Part shown: positions 16,889 through 25,846 of the stretch, piece by piece | Position numbering within the stretch: the stretch's first letter is position 1 | Layout: each line of letters begins with the position of its first letter | IMG/VR virus record: IMGVR_UViG_3300042465_004839 | Coordinates: 9,170-73,169 of that record | Direction: 5' to 3' (one strand) | Source of the DNA: a virus | Length of the DNA: 64,000 nt | Position numbers and translations under genes: made by a program | The notes under the pieces: generated by a model | What the model was told of the DNA's origin: nothing | The model's input: the letters and a program-made list of their open reading frames with translations, nothing else | The model's database searches: none

Positions 16889-17510
16889 AAAATCATTTAT
16901 TGCATATTCTGATTGGCATGGAATGTTCCACGCACTTCCAGATGAAGTTGCAGGCAAATTAATTAAACATATATTCTCTTATGTAAATGACGAGAATCCT
17001 TCAAGCGAAGATTTTATTATAAATGCTTTATTTGAGCAGATAAAAGCAACTCTTAAAAGGGATTTAATTAAATGGGATAAAGAGCGTATTCAAAGAAGTG
17101 ACGCAGGTAAAAAAAGTGCTGAATTAAGGTCAATCAAATTCAACGAGCGTTCAACGGAAGTTAACGAGCTTCAACGAAAAGCAACTGTAAGTGTAAGTGA
17201 TAGTGTAAATGAAAATGAAATAAATAAGGATATAGATTTTAAAAAACCAAGTTTAGAAAATTGCATTGAAATTTTTAAAACTAAAACTGCTTTTAATTGG
17301 ACAGAAAATTATGCATTAAAATCAGCAAACACATTTTATTATTTTTATGAATCTAAAAATTGGATGGTTGGTAAAAATAAAATGAAAAGTTTAAATGGTG
17401 CTATTGGTGGTTGGATTTCAAGGGATCAAAACCCTGAATTATCTACAACTAAATCTAAAGAACAAATAATTAACGAAAAAAAAGCATATTATAAAAATTT
17501 AGGATTCTAA
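16875..17510 (+). CDS. phage replication initiator-like protein (DUF6291-type N-terminus)
   Basis: KKSFIAYSDW...AGKLIKHIFSY; C-terminal FYYFYESKNWMVGKNKMK; directly upstream of helicase. Confidence 0.7.
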   Translation: MAENKKSFIAYSDWHGMFHALPDEVAGKLIKHIFSYVNDENPSSEDFIINALFEQIKATLKRDLIKWDKERIQRSDAGKKSAELRSIKFNERSTEVNELQRKATVSVSDSVNENEINKDIDFKKPSLENCIEIFKTKTAFNWTENYALKSANTFYYFYESKNWMVGKNKMKSLNGAIGGWISRDQNPELSTTKSKEQIINEKKAYYKNLGF

Positions 17511-17512
17511 TT

Positions 17513-18520
17513 ATGAACGTAAAAATAATTGATTATTACAAAAAAAGTGATGAATTTGAAAACTATCATACAACTGGCGGTGCAGGAATGAACTACGCAG
17601 GTTTTGAATGTTTAAACGGAGTGTTTCAGTTTGCTCAAGATGGTATTACAGATATAACAGGAACACCGGGAAGTGGTAAAACTGAATTTGGATTAGAACT
17701 TTTGTTTTATCAGTCAGAGGTTTTTGGGTTACGACACTTGATTTATGCTCCTGACATCGGTAGTTACAACGAAATAAGAAGAAAACTACTTGTAAAGTAC
17801 TACAGAAGAAGCTTTAGAGGATATGCGAACTCAATAACAAAAACAGAGTTAGTCACTTGTATAGCTTTTATTGATACACACTTTCTTATAGCTGCAAAGT
17901 CTGACATAAAAAAACCTTTAACACCAATGGACTTATGGAACTTTACCGTTGATTACAAGGATAATAGTGGTGGTATTGACACTTGCTTTATTGATAGTTG
18001 GAAAAACTTATACCACGACTATACAGGCAGAGAGGATCAGTACTTAGACTATATTTTATGTTATAGAAACGAGTTAGCAGAAGCAACAAAAAAGCATTTT
18101 ATGACTATATCCCATCCTAAATCTACTGAGTTTGACAAAGATACCAAGAAGCCAAGAATACCAACAGCGCACGATATAAGTGGTGGAGCTTCTTGGTTTA
18201 GAAATGGTAAAACCATTGTAACTATTGACTGGGCAGATAGAGAAAATGGAAACATTGATGCATACTTTTGGAAGGTAAAGCCTGACACAATTGGTAGAGC
18301 AAAGTTAATATTTCAAGAGCTTGAGTTTGATTGGAAGAAGTCAAGGTATAGGGAAACGATTGAGGGGCGAATATGTTACGCAGGACAAGGCAAGGAGTTA
18401 AGAGAAAAAGGTGAATTTATCGGATTTGGTAGCGTAGATAAAAGCATTAGGGCAGGAGAACAGATAGCAACTCAAGCAAGTTTTGATTTACCATCACAAG
18501 ATAATGATATCCCATTTTAA
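17513..18520 (+). CDS. DnaB/RecA-fold replicative helicase
   Basis: Walker A GTPGSGKT, Walker B CFIDSW, ISHP, DISGGASW; acidic DIPF tail. Confidence 0.8.
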   Translation: MNVKIIDYYKKSDEFENYHTTGGAGMNYAGFECLNGVFQFAQDGITDITGTPGSGKTEFGLELLFYQSEVFGLRHLIYAPDIGSYNEIRRKLLVKYYRRSFRGYANSITKTELVTCIAFIDTHFLIAAKSDIKKPLTPMDLWNFTVDYKDNSGGIDTCFIDSWKNLYHDYTGREDQYLDYILCYRNELAEATKKHFMTISHPKSTEFDKDTKKPRIPTAHDISGGASWFRNGKTIVTIDWADRENGNIDAYFWKVKPDTIGRAKLIFQELEFDWKKSRYRETIEGRICYAGQGKELREKGEFIGFGSVDKSIRAGEQIATQASFDLPSQDNDIPF

Positions 18521-18523
18521 ATT

Positions 18524-18925
18524 ATGACAGAAGAATTAAAACAATTTTTAGATGAGGAGAGGAAGATAAACGAAATTAGAACTGCTGACTATAAAAAATT
18601 AAAGGTAATAATGGAGGAATATTGTGGATTTACAAATCTTACTACACAGAATGAGCCTTGCTACATTAATCTTTGGGCAATAAATTCGTTTGTAGAGAGT
18701 TTTGAGAGTAAAGCCATACTATCGGAGGGTAAGTCTAAAGATAATGCCTTAAAACATCTTAAAACACTTTATGAAATTCAGCAGCAGTATGGTAAGTTTT
18801 ACTTTGAGTCAATAATATATCGTGAAAAGGTAGCCAAACTTGAAAGAAATCAATTTAAATTTATAGATAAAATAAAAGAACTTCAAAAAGAAGTTGCACT
18901 TTTGCAAAAACAAATAGAATTTTAA
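18524..18925 (+). CDS. hypothetical coiled-coil protein
   Basis: ORF in operon. Confidence 0.65.
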   Translation: MTEELKQFLDEERKINEIRTADYKKLKVIMEEYCGFTNLTTQNEPCYINLWAINSFVESFESKAILSEGKSKDNALKHLKTLYEIQQQYGKFYFESIIYREKVAKLERNQFKFIDKIKELQKEVALLQKQIEF

Positions 18926-19121
18926 AAACAAACAAAAACATGGAAAAAAAAGAATTATTATTAGAAATTGAGTGTAAGTATGGGTTCTATACCTGCGCAA
19001 ACAAAGTTGAATCATTTTGTGAAACTTGTAATGAAGGAGATAATTATGAAGACAATGGGGAATAAAATGAATTTTTTTGATGGTTTATTTTATTATGTGG
19101 ACAAATTTATTATATTTGCAT

Positions 19122-19577
19122 ATGGAAAAAATATTAGAACAATATGATAACAAATATTCAGTTACAACTGAAGGAAAAGTTTTTAGTTTAAAAGGAAACA
19201 AAAAAGAATTATTAGGGAAAATATGTAAATCAGGTTATAGACAAATTCTTATTAACCACAAAGGAATTAGAAAGTATTTTTTAGTTCATAGATTAATATT
19301 ATCATCTTTTGTTCTTAATCCTTTTAATAAAAGAACAGTTAATCATAAAGATGGAAATAAATTAAATAATAATGTATCTAATTTAGAATGGAATACAGAT
19401 TCTGAAAATCAAATTCACGCTATTGAAAAAAAACTTATTATACATAAAATTGATTACGAAATTGCTGAAAAAATAAGAAATGATGTAGGAAGTCATAGAG
19501 AATTAGCAATAAAATACAAATTAGGTAAAACACAAATTGGATATATTAAACAAAATAAAAGATGGAAAATAAAATAA
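19122..19577 (+). CDS. HNH homing endonuclease (NUMOD4/HNH_3-type)
   Basis: VHRLI...VNHKDGNKLNNNVSNLEW; ATG 3 nt after TATATTTG. Confidence 0.9.
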   Translation: MEKILEQYDNKYSVTTEGKVFSLKGNKKELLGKICKSGYRQILINHKGIRKYFLVHRLILSSFVLNPFNKRTVNHKDGNKLNNNVSNLEWNTDSENQIHAIEKKLIIHKIDYEIAEKIRNDVGSHRELAIKYKLGKTQIGYIKQNKRWKIK

Positions 19578-21310
19578 ATGTATTGTCTTTGTTCGATGGT
19601 TGTTCGTGCGGAAGACAAGCTCTTGAGAGAGCAGGAATAGAAGTAAATCAGTACTTTGCATCTGAAATTGATAAGTACGCTATTCAAGTTACAATGGCTA
19701 ACTATCCAGACACAATTCAGTTAGGTAGTGTAGTAAATGTTGATGGAAAGTCATTACCAAAGATAGAATTGCTACTTGGAGGATCCCCATGCACCAATTT
19801 TTCATTTGCAGGTAAACGTAAGGGTATGTCTACTAAAGATGAGCAAGAAATATTAACTTTAGAGCATTACTTACAGTTAAAAACTGAAGGATTTGAGTTT
19901 GAGGGTCAGTCTTACCTATTTTGGGAGTATATGAGGCTACTAAATGAGGTAAAACCTACATACTTTCTTCTTGAAAACGTAGAAATGGGTGAAAAATGGG
20001 AAAAAGTACTAAGTAAAGCCATTGGGTACAACGGAATTCATATAAATTCTGCATTAGTGTCAGCTCAGAACCGTAAAAGAATCTACTGGACAAATATTGG
20101 TATGCAACCTGCTGGATTATTTGGTGATTTAGAGTCTATTATTCAGCAACCTAAAGATAGGGGTATACTTTTAAAGGATATTTTACAAGATAATCCAAAT
20201 GCTAAGTACTATATTTCCTCAAAAATGGAGGAGCATTTAAACTCAAGAGATTCTGTTAAAATAAAAAATGGTGAAGATAAAAGTGGTACAATTACTACAA
20301 ATGGTGAGGGCAAACAAGGCAATAACTCTACATTTATTTGTCAAGAAGTTGATGAAAAGTATTTTTTAAGTGAAAGTCTAATAAGTAAGCTTCATGTATA
20401 CAACCAAAGACAGATTGATAACGGCAATGGGTTTATGGCTAAATTTAGAGATACAAATGTAGTTGAAAAGATGGACTGTATAAAAATTGGTGGTGGGATG
20501 AAGGATGACTTAATAGTTCACAACACAATGCCACGCTCATCAACTACAGGAAAGGGTGGTACTGGTCCGTTAAGTAGAAATGATGGTAAAACATACTGCT
20601 TAGACACAAAGAATACCAATGCATTAGAGATTGTATGTGGTCAGTTAGGCTACGATAAGCCATTTGAAGAAAACGATAAGGCTCAAGCACTACTACAAAG
20701 AGATTACAAGGGTATGAGTAACTACGGAATTAATGTAGTGGTAAATGCAAATGGGGCTAAAGAACAGGTAGTAGGTAGGAAAGCTCAAGAAGATGGAACT
20801 TACAAAAGAGAGTACGAGGTTTCAAATGATGAAAAGGCTAAAACATTGGAAACAAACAAACAAAAAAACAATGTTGTGATTAGAGAAATAAAACAAATAA
20901 GCCAAAACAACAAGTCAAATGGTGGCACTCAGCCTTACCAACAGGATAGAGTATACGATGTTGATGGCATAAGTCCTGCACTAACAAGTCAACTGCCTAA
21001 AGGAAGTTCTATGATTTATTTAAATGAAAATCAACAAAAAAAATTTAACCCAAACATAGATTCAGATAAAGCCAATACACTTACACTTGCTATAGGAAGA
21101 GCAGGTAGCAGTAGTGAGTATATGGACTCTGTTTCTAAAATAGCTAATATCACATCAAGAATTAGAAGACTTACCCCAGTAGAGTGTGAAAGATTACAGA
21201 CAGTTGCAGACAATTATACTGCACACGTTTCAGATTCTCAGAGGTACAAGATGCTTGGAAATGGTTGGACGATTTCAGTTATAGCCCACATATTTAGTTA
21301 CATAAAATAA
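19562..21310 (+). CDS. DNA (cytosine-5)-methyltransferase with expanded variable region
   Basis: SLFDG (I), GGSPC (IV), LENV (VI), QNRKRIY (VIII), RRLTPVECERLQ (IX), YKMLGNGW (X). Confidence 0.95.
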   Translation: MENKINVLSLFDGCSCGRQALERAGIEVNQYFASEIDKYAIQVTMANYPDTIQLGSVVNVDGKSLPKIELLLGGSPCTNFSFAGKRKGMSTKDEQEILTLEHYLQLKTEGFEFEGQSYLFWEYMRLLNEVKPTYFLLENVEMGEKWEKVLSKAIGYNGIHINSALVSAQNRKRIYWTNIGMQPAGLFGDLESIIQQPKDRGILLKDILQDNPNAKYYISSKMEEHLNSRDSVKIKNGEDKSGTITTNGEGKQGNNSTFICQEVDEKYFLSESLISKLHVYNQRQIDNGNGFMAKFRDTNVVEKMDCIKIGGGMKDDLIVHNTMPRSSTTGKGGTGPLSRNDGKTYCLDTKNTNALEIVCGQLGYDKPFEENDKAQALLQRDYKGMSNYGINVVVNANGAKEQVVGRKAQEDGTYKREYEVSNDEKAKTLETNKQKNNVVIREIKQISQNNKSNGGTQPYQQDRVYDVDGISPALTSQLPKGSSMIYLNENQQKKFNPNIDSDKANTLTLAIGRAGSSSEYMDSVSKIANITSRIRRLTPVECERLQTVADNYTAHVSDSQRYKMLGNGWTISVIAHIFSYIK

Positions 21311-21318
21311 AAAATACT

Positions 21319-21717
21319 ATGAAAAATAAAGTAAAGAGAGAAGCTCCAATGACAAAATTGGAAATTAGAAGTTTAAGTGAAGAAGAAAAAGAAAAAATGT
21401 TAATGAATGTACGAATAGCCTTAGTAGGCTTTCACGCAACCTTAAAAGCATCAAAACATTTAGCAGACTTCATTCAGTACCATAAACTTATGCTTAATCA
21501 TAAAACAGTAAAGCTGATTAAAGATGCATTTGTAGAGCAAGACTACCTATGCACAATATTAGACAAGGCATTTGACGAAAGTAAGGACTTAGACGCTCAA
21601 CACATAGCAAATCAGAAAGAAGCAAGCTATGAAATACTAGAAGCTATTGAAGAAAAGTGTAAGGAGTACCTTGAAACGGAAATGGGATTTAAAATAGTAC
21701 AAGAAACAATTGGATAA
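21319..21717 (+). CDS. hypothetical protein
   Basis: ORF in operon. Confidence 0.65.
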   Translation: MKNKVKREAPMTKLEIRSLSEEEKEKMLMNVRIALVGFHATLKASKHLADFIQYHKLMLNHKTVKLIKDAFVEQDYLCTILDKAFDESKDLDAQHIANQKEASYEILEAIEEKCKEYLETEMGFKIVQETIG

Positions 21718-21946
21718 AAATATGAACATTAGACACGCAGTAATAAAAACCTACGACAATAGGTACGAGTACTTCCTTGAAAAACATGAGGATAACTACG
21801 AGTTCAGAGAAGAAACTAACGGAAAAGTAACCCATCAAGAGTACAGAAGTAGTAACTCCGATGCAGTAGAACTCTTTGATGAGTACATTCTTGCTGTAAA
21901 AGGTGCTTTAGTAAGTATGGAAATAAACTTTAGACAGACAGATTAA
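21710..21946 (+). CDS. hypothetical protein
   Basis: ORF in operon; start may be the internal Met (MNIRH). Confidence 0.6.
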   Translation: MDKNMNIRHAVIKTYDNRYEYFLEKHEDNYEFREETNGKVTHQEYRSSNSDAVELFDEYILAVKGALVSMEINFRQTD

Positions 21947-21948
21947 TT

Positions 21949-22137
21949 ATGATAGTAACCATACACCAGCAAGGAAACTACGAAACAAGTGATGGCTACG
22001 AACTAATTATAAAAGATATTTGGTACGGATCATCACCAAGAGTAGAGTTTGTAGTAAAAGGAAAACTATTCTCAAGGACTCGTGAACAGTTTGAACAGGC
22101 TATCAGAGAAGGAAAAGTAATAAAACTGATAAATTAA
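21949..22137 (+). CDS. hypothetical protein
   Basis: AATTATG start. Confidence 0.6.
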   Translation: MIVTIHQQGNYETSDGYELIIKDIWYGSSPRVEFVVKGKLFSRTREQFEQAIREGKVIKLIN

Positions 22138-22200
22138 AAAAATTTAATTAGTTACTGTCCAACCAATTTTTAACTTTGTGAAATCAAAACAAACATAATT

Positions 22201-22872
22201 ATGAATAAATACATCACATACTTCAGAGTAAGTACAAAAGAGCAAGGACAGAGTGGCTTAGGATTAGCTGCCCAAGAACAAATGGTTCTACCCATCACCA
22301 ACAACGGAATAGTAGTGGCATCATTTACAGAAGTAGAGTCAGGAAACAAGTCTAACCGTAAAGAGTTAGAAAAGGCTATCAATACCTGTAAACAACATAA
22401 CGCCATACTCCTCGTAGCAAAACTTGATAGACTATCTCGTAACGTACACTTCATTAGTACACTTATGGAAAGTAAAGTACAGTTCAAGTGTGCCGATGCC
22501 CCAGAGATGGACTCATTCACCGTACACATATTCTCAGCTCTCGCAGAAAGAGAACGTAAAATGATTTCCGACAGAACCAAAGGCGCACTACAAAGCATCA
22601 AAAGAATCATTGACAGAGATGGTGAGTACACCACTAAAGCAGGTAGAGTAATATCTACTCTCGGTAACGGTCTACTACAAAACAAAGAAACTGCCAAAAA
22701 ACAAATGGCGTACGTTGCATCCCACAGAGTATACCAAAAAAAGTCTAACATAGGTCTTGCCCTCGTACAGTCACTATCACAAAATGGTGTTCCCAAGAAA
22801 GATATTAAACAAAAACTTGCCGATAACGGTATTAACGTGTCACTACAAACAATATATAAATATGCAAAATAA
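22201..22872 (+). CDS. small serine recombinase (resolvase/invertase family)
   Basis: YFRVST catalytic Ser, EVESG, LLVAKLDRLSR, ER..ISDRTK, C-terminal HTH; own TAACTTTG promoter at 22171. Confidence 0.92.
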   Translation: MNKYITYFRVSTKEQGQSGLGLAAQEQMVLPITNNGIVVASFTEVESGNKSNRKELEKAINTCKQHNAILLVAKLDRLSRNVHFISTLMESKVQFKCADAPEMDSFTVHIFSALAERERKMISDRTKGALQSIKRIIDRDGEYTTKAGRVISTLGNGLLQNKETAKKQMAYVASHRVYQKKSNIGLALVQSLSQNGVPKKDIKQKLADNGINVSLQTIYKYAK

Positions 22873-22873
22873 A

Positions 22874-23050
22874 ATGAGCAAACAAACAGCAGTTAAATTC
22901 TCAATGTACCAATGGTTAATTGGAAACAAAAGAAAGTATTGCAATTCGTGTAATCAAATACAATATCATTCTTGCGACCAATTAAGAGGCTACACTTGCA
23001 AATGTGGCGCTAATAAAATAATGGATTACTTTTTAGAAAAATATAAATAA
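22874..23050 (+). CDS. small Zn-ribbon protein
   Basis: MSKQTAV...CNSC...CKC; true ATG at 22874. Confidence 0.6.
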   Translation: MSKQTAVKFSMYQWLIGNKRKYCNSCNQIQYHSCDQLRGYTCKCGANKIMDYFLEKYK

Positions 23051-23053
23051 ATT

Positions 23054-23536
23054 ATGAGCAAACAAACAGCAAAATATATAATACCGCACATGACATTATC
23101 CATTGATGGTAGTTTATATAACCACAAAACAAAAAAATTTAAAAAGTGGACAAAAGATACTAATGGTTATATGAAAACACAAATTTGGGTTGGCGGAAAA
23201 CCAAAAAACGTACATCAACATAGATTACTTGCTCAAGAATTTATTAATAACTCAAAAAATAAAAAGCAAGTAAATCATATTAATGGTATTAAGCATGATA
23301 ATAGAATAGAAAATCTTGAATGGGTTACTCAATCTGAAAATGGGTTACATTCATTTGCTAATGGATTGCAAAAAGTTACAAAACCTTGTAAAAAAGTAAT
23401 TGATACTAGTAATAATAAAATTTATGATAGTGTAACAGAAGCAGCTAAACATAATGGAATATCAAGAAGTCATTTATCTAATATGCTTACAGGTAAATTT
23501 AATAATAAAACAACACTTAAATTATATGGAAAATAA
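23054..23536 (+). CDS. HNH homing endonuclease with C-terminal NUMOD1-like HTH
   Basis: HRLLAQEFI...VNHINGIKHDNRIENLEW; YDSVTEAAKHNGIS. Confidence 0.9.
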   Translation: MSKQTAKYIIPHMTLSIDGSLYNHKTKKFKKWTKDTNGYMKTQIWVGGKPKNVHQHRLLAQEFINNSKNKKQVNHINGIKHDNRIENLEWVTQSENGLHSFANGLQKVTKPCKKVIDTSNNKIYDSVTEAAKHNGISRSHLSNMLTGKFNNKTTLKLYGK

Positions 23537-23735
23537 ATCTATGACAGCAGTTGAATGGTTAGAGCAAGAATTTATTGCCCTACAAAATTATGGAGTAAAT
23601 GAACTTGGATTATTTGCAAAAGCCAAAGAAATGGAAAAGCAACAAATTATTGATGCTTGTAATCAAATAGAAGTAATTGGATTAGACTATGAATTGCCTG
23701 GAAAAAAATACTATAACCAAAATTTTAACAAATAA
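23526..23735 (+). CDS. 'TAVEWL'-type small phage protein
   Basis: MENKSMTAVEWL...AKEMEKQQIIDA. Confidence 0.7.
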   Translation: MENKSMTAVEWLEQEFIALQNYGVNELGLFAKAKEMEKQQIIDACNQIEVIGLDYELPGKKYYNQNFNK

Positions 23736-23738
23736 ATT

Positions 23739-23972
23739 ATGACACCAAAAGAAAAAGCAGAAGAGTTAGTCAGAACGTATTATACTTGGGGAATTAATAA
23801 GGAAGGACAAACATTAAGTTGGTTAGAGGCTAAACAATGTGCATTAATTGCAGTAGAGGAGATATCAAAAGTGGTAAATGATATTTGGATGGATTCTTTT
23901 ACAACAGGAGAATCTGATAATAAGTTTTATAATTATTGGCAAGAAGTTAAAAAAGAAATAGAAAAAATATGA
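23739..23972 (+). CDS. 'MTPKEKA'-type small phage protein
   Basis: MTPKEKAEELV...AKQCALIAVEEI...YWQEVKKEIEKI. Confidence 0.75.
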   Translation: MTPKEKAEELVRTYYTWGINKEGQTLSWLEAKQCALIAVEEISKVVNDIWMDSFTTGESDNKFYNYWQEVKKEIEKI

Positions 23973-24343
23973 AAGTAGAAGTATTCAAAGACATCCTTAG
24001 CAGGATAAGAAAGGCAGACGCAGTTGTTAACGTGCTGTACCCAATGGTAGATTTAACTAATGTAACGGACGATTATGTTAGCGTCATAGAGATGATGATG
24101 AAGTGTTATTACGGAGAAGACGCAGCAGAATGGATTTCTTCTTACCTATACGATTTGAGAAACCATGATAATGCGTGGGCTTGGGATAAGGATGGTAAGG
24201 CTATATTAAACAATGAGGATGAGTTGTGGGCTTATTGCGAAGAACTGAAAATGAGCAAAAAGGATTATGAGCCAGCAGCTCCAATGACAGACGAACAGAG
24301 GGCAGAACTAATGGAGGAGATGAAGAAAGCATTTTTAAATTAA
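23969..24343 (+). CDS. hypothetical protein
   Basis: ORF overlapping upstream stop. Confidence 0.7.
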   Translation: MKVEVFKDILSRIRKADAVVNVLYPMVDLTNVTDDYVSVIEMMMKCYYGEDAAEWISSYLYDLRNHDNAWAWDKDGKAILNNEDELWAYCEELKMSKKDYEPAAPMTDEQRAELMEEMKKAFLN

Positions 24344-24442
24344 AAATATTTAATTAGGAAATTAATTTAGAATACCTAATTTTGCTCTTGTGTTTAGGAA
24401 ATAGTTCTCATAATGCTATTCCTGATTAATTTGTTTTGTAAT

Positions 24443-24475
24443 AAAATCCTTCAATTAATTTTGAGGGATTTTTTT
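24443..24475 (+). terminator. intrinsic terminator
   Basis: AAAATCCTTCAA ... TTGAGGGATTTT plus T-run. Confidence 0.7.
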
Positions 24476-24491
24476 ATTTGAAATAAAGTAT

Positions 24492-24890
24492 TATATTTGC
24501 CCTGTTATAATGCGTGCGGCATAATAAAGATATTGAAAAATTCTCGTACACTTAGAGAAAATTTCAACTAAGCCTGATAGCCGCACGCTGTTGGGTTTTT
24601 TTATGCCCAAAAATTAAGGTAATAATGGTCGGCACGAAAAAATGACAGCATTATTATTTAAAGCGATACTGTGAGGTATGTATAAATCGCAATCCCAGCT
24701 ATAAAAGTAAAGGGAATACATTGGAGAATGGACACTTCAAAAGTTGTACTTAAATTTGCAAACCCCATTTGTTTGTGATGCACCAAAGAGGGTTGCGGCT
24801 CGGGAAAATAGTCGTAATTTGAATAGTGAGTAGCCAAAGAGTTTAACACCTCTAAGGCTACCGCTATGCACATGGTAAGGATTGCTCTCA
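24492..24890 (+). ncRNA. promoter-driven structured non-coding element (attenuator-like leader plus hairpin string)
   Basis: TATATTTG at 24492; terminator 24570-24602; at least six further hairpins to ~24861; no convincing ORF. Confidence 0.55.
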
Positions 24891-24971
24891 AAAAAATAGT
24901 TAGTTATAGTATAGTTTAAGTTAAAAAAAATTAATTAGAATCCTTTTAAACAATACTTTACCTTTGAACTT

Positions 24972-25154
24972 ATGGAAAACATAGAAGAATTAAAAAGAAC
25001 AGCATTAGAAGTAGCTTTAAGAAGCAGAGAGTTTACTCAATTAGCACTGGAAACAAAAGATGCAATAGAAGAAGCAGACTCATTAGAAACTCTAAAAACT
25101 TGGTTTAAAGGTACGGTAAACGAATTAGGATTAGACAAATATTTTGGATTTTAG
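24972..25154 (+). CDS. hypothetical protein
   Basis: ATG 5 nt after TACCTTTG. Confidence 0.65.
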   Translation: MENIEELKRTALEVALRSREFTQLALETKDAIEEADSLETLKTWFKGTVNELGLDKYFGF

Positions 25155-25228
25155 GTTAACTAATTAACTAATATTAATGAATATTGAATCTAATATGTTA
25201 TATTTGCAAATAAATTATATTTAATATT

Positions 25229-25843
25229 ATGGCTATACCATTAATTATACCGATAGTAGGAGCAGCAATGCAAGGTTTGGGTATGTTGGACTCTTATCAA
25301 AAAGCACAGGCACTTAGAGGCAAGGCTTCACAATTAGCAAATCAACCACTTCCAGAGATAACTCCAACAGAGCAAACTAATGAGCAATTTAGAATGGCAA
25401 CTGCTGGGGTAGCTAATCCACAAGGATATAGTGGAGCAGAAACTTCTAAATTTCAAAACAGAATGGCACAAATACTTGCTACACAACAATATAATGCTCA
25501 AAATATGGGCGGTGGAGGTAGAGCAATTGGGGCAATTGGTAATGCTAATGCTTTTAATGCAAATGCTGACTTTGCTGCTTCTGATGCAAATTTAAATAGA
25601 AGTCAAAAAAATATGGCTCAAAGCAGATTAGGTAGAGTAGTAGAGGATATTCAAAGAATGAAAAATCAACAAACTGCTTACTTACAAAATAGAAGACAGC
25701 AAACTGAACAAGCATTAGGAGCAGGTATAAGAAGTCAAGAAGATTACTTAAAAGGCACATTAATGAATATGGGTTCAGATATGCTATCGGCAGGATTGTA
25801 TCCTAAATTAGGAACTACAACTACAACTACAACAAAATTATAA
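25229..25843 (+). CDS. putative internal virion / DNA pilot (ejection) protein
   Basis: Hydrophobic Gly/Ala N-terminus, Q/A/N-rich, no Cys; own TATATTTG promoter near 25199. Confidence 0.65.
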   Translation: MAIPLIIPIVGAAMQGLGMLDSYQKAQALRGKASQLANQPLPEITPTEQTNEQFRMATAGVANPQGYSGAETSKFQNRMAQILATQQYNAQNMGGGGRAIGAIGNANAFNANADFAASDANLNRSQKNMAQSRLGRVVEDIQRMKNQQTAYLQNRRQQTEQALGAGIRSQEDYLKGTLMNMGSDMLSAGLYPKLGTTTTTTTKL

Positions 25844-25846
25844 ATT

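Noticed and set aside
22170-22796. 208-aa antisense ORF over the recombinase, and other antisense ORFs (e.g. 29768-30160, 39496-39927, 52942-53376, 54066-54482)
   Set aside because: Shadows of strongly biased sense-strand codon usage; no start signals or motifs
10053-22872. Lysogeny module (repressor plus integrase)
   Set aside because: The HTH gene and recombinase are 12 kb apart, the recombinase lacks large-integrase domains, and no att site or host genes are visible
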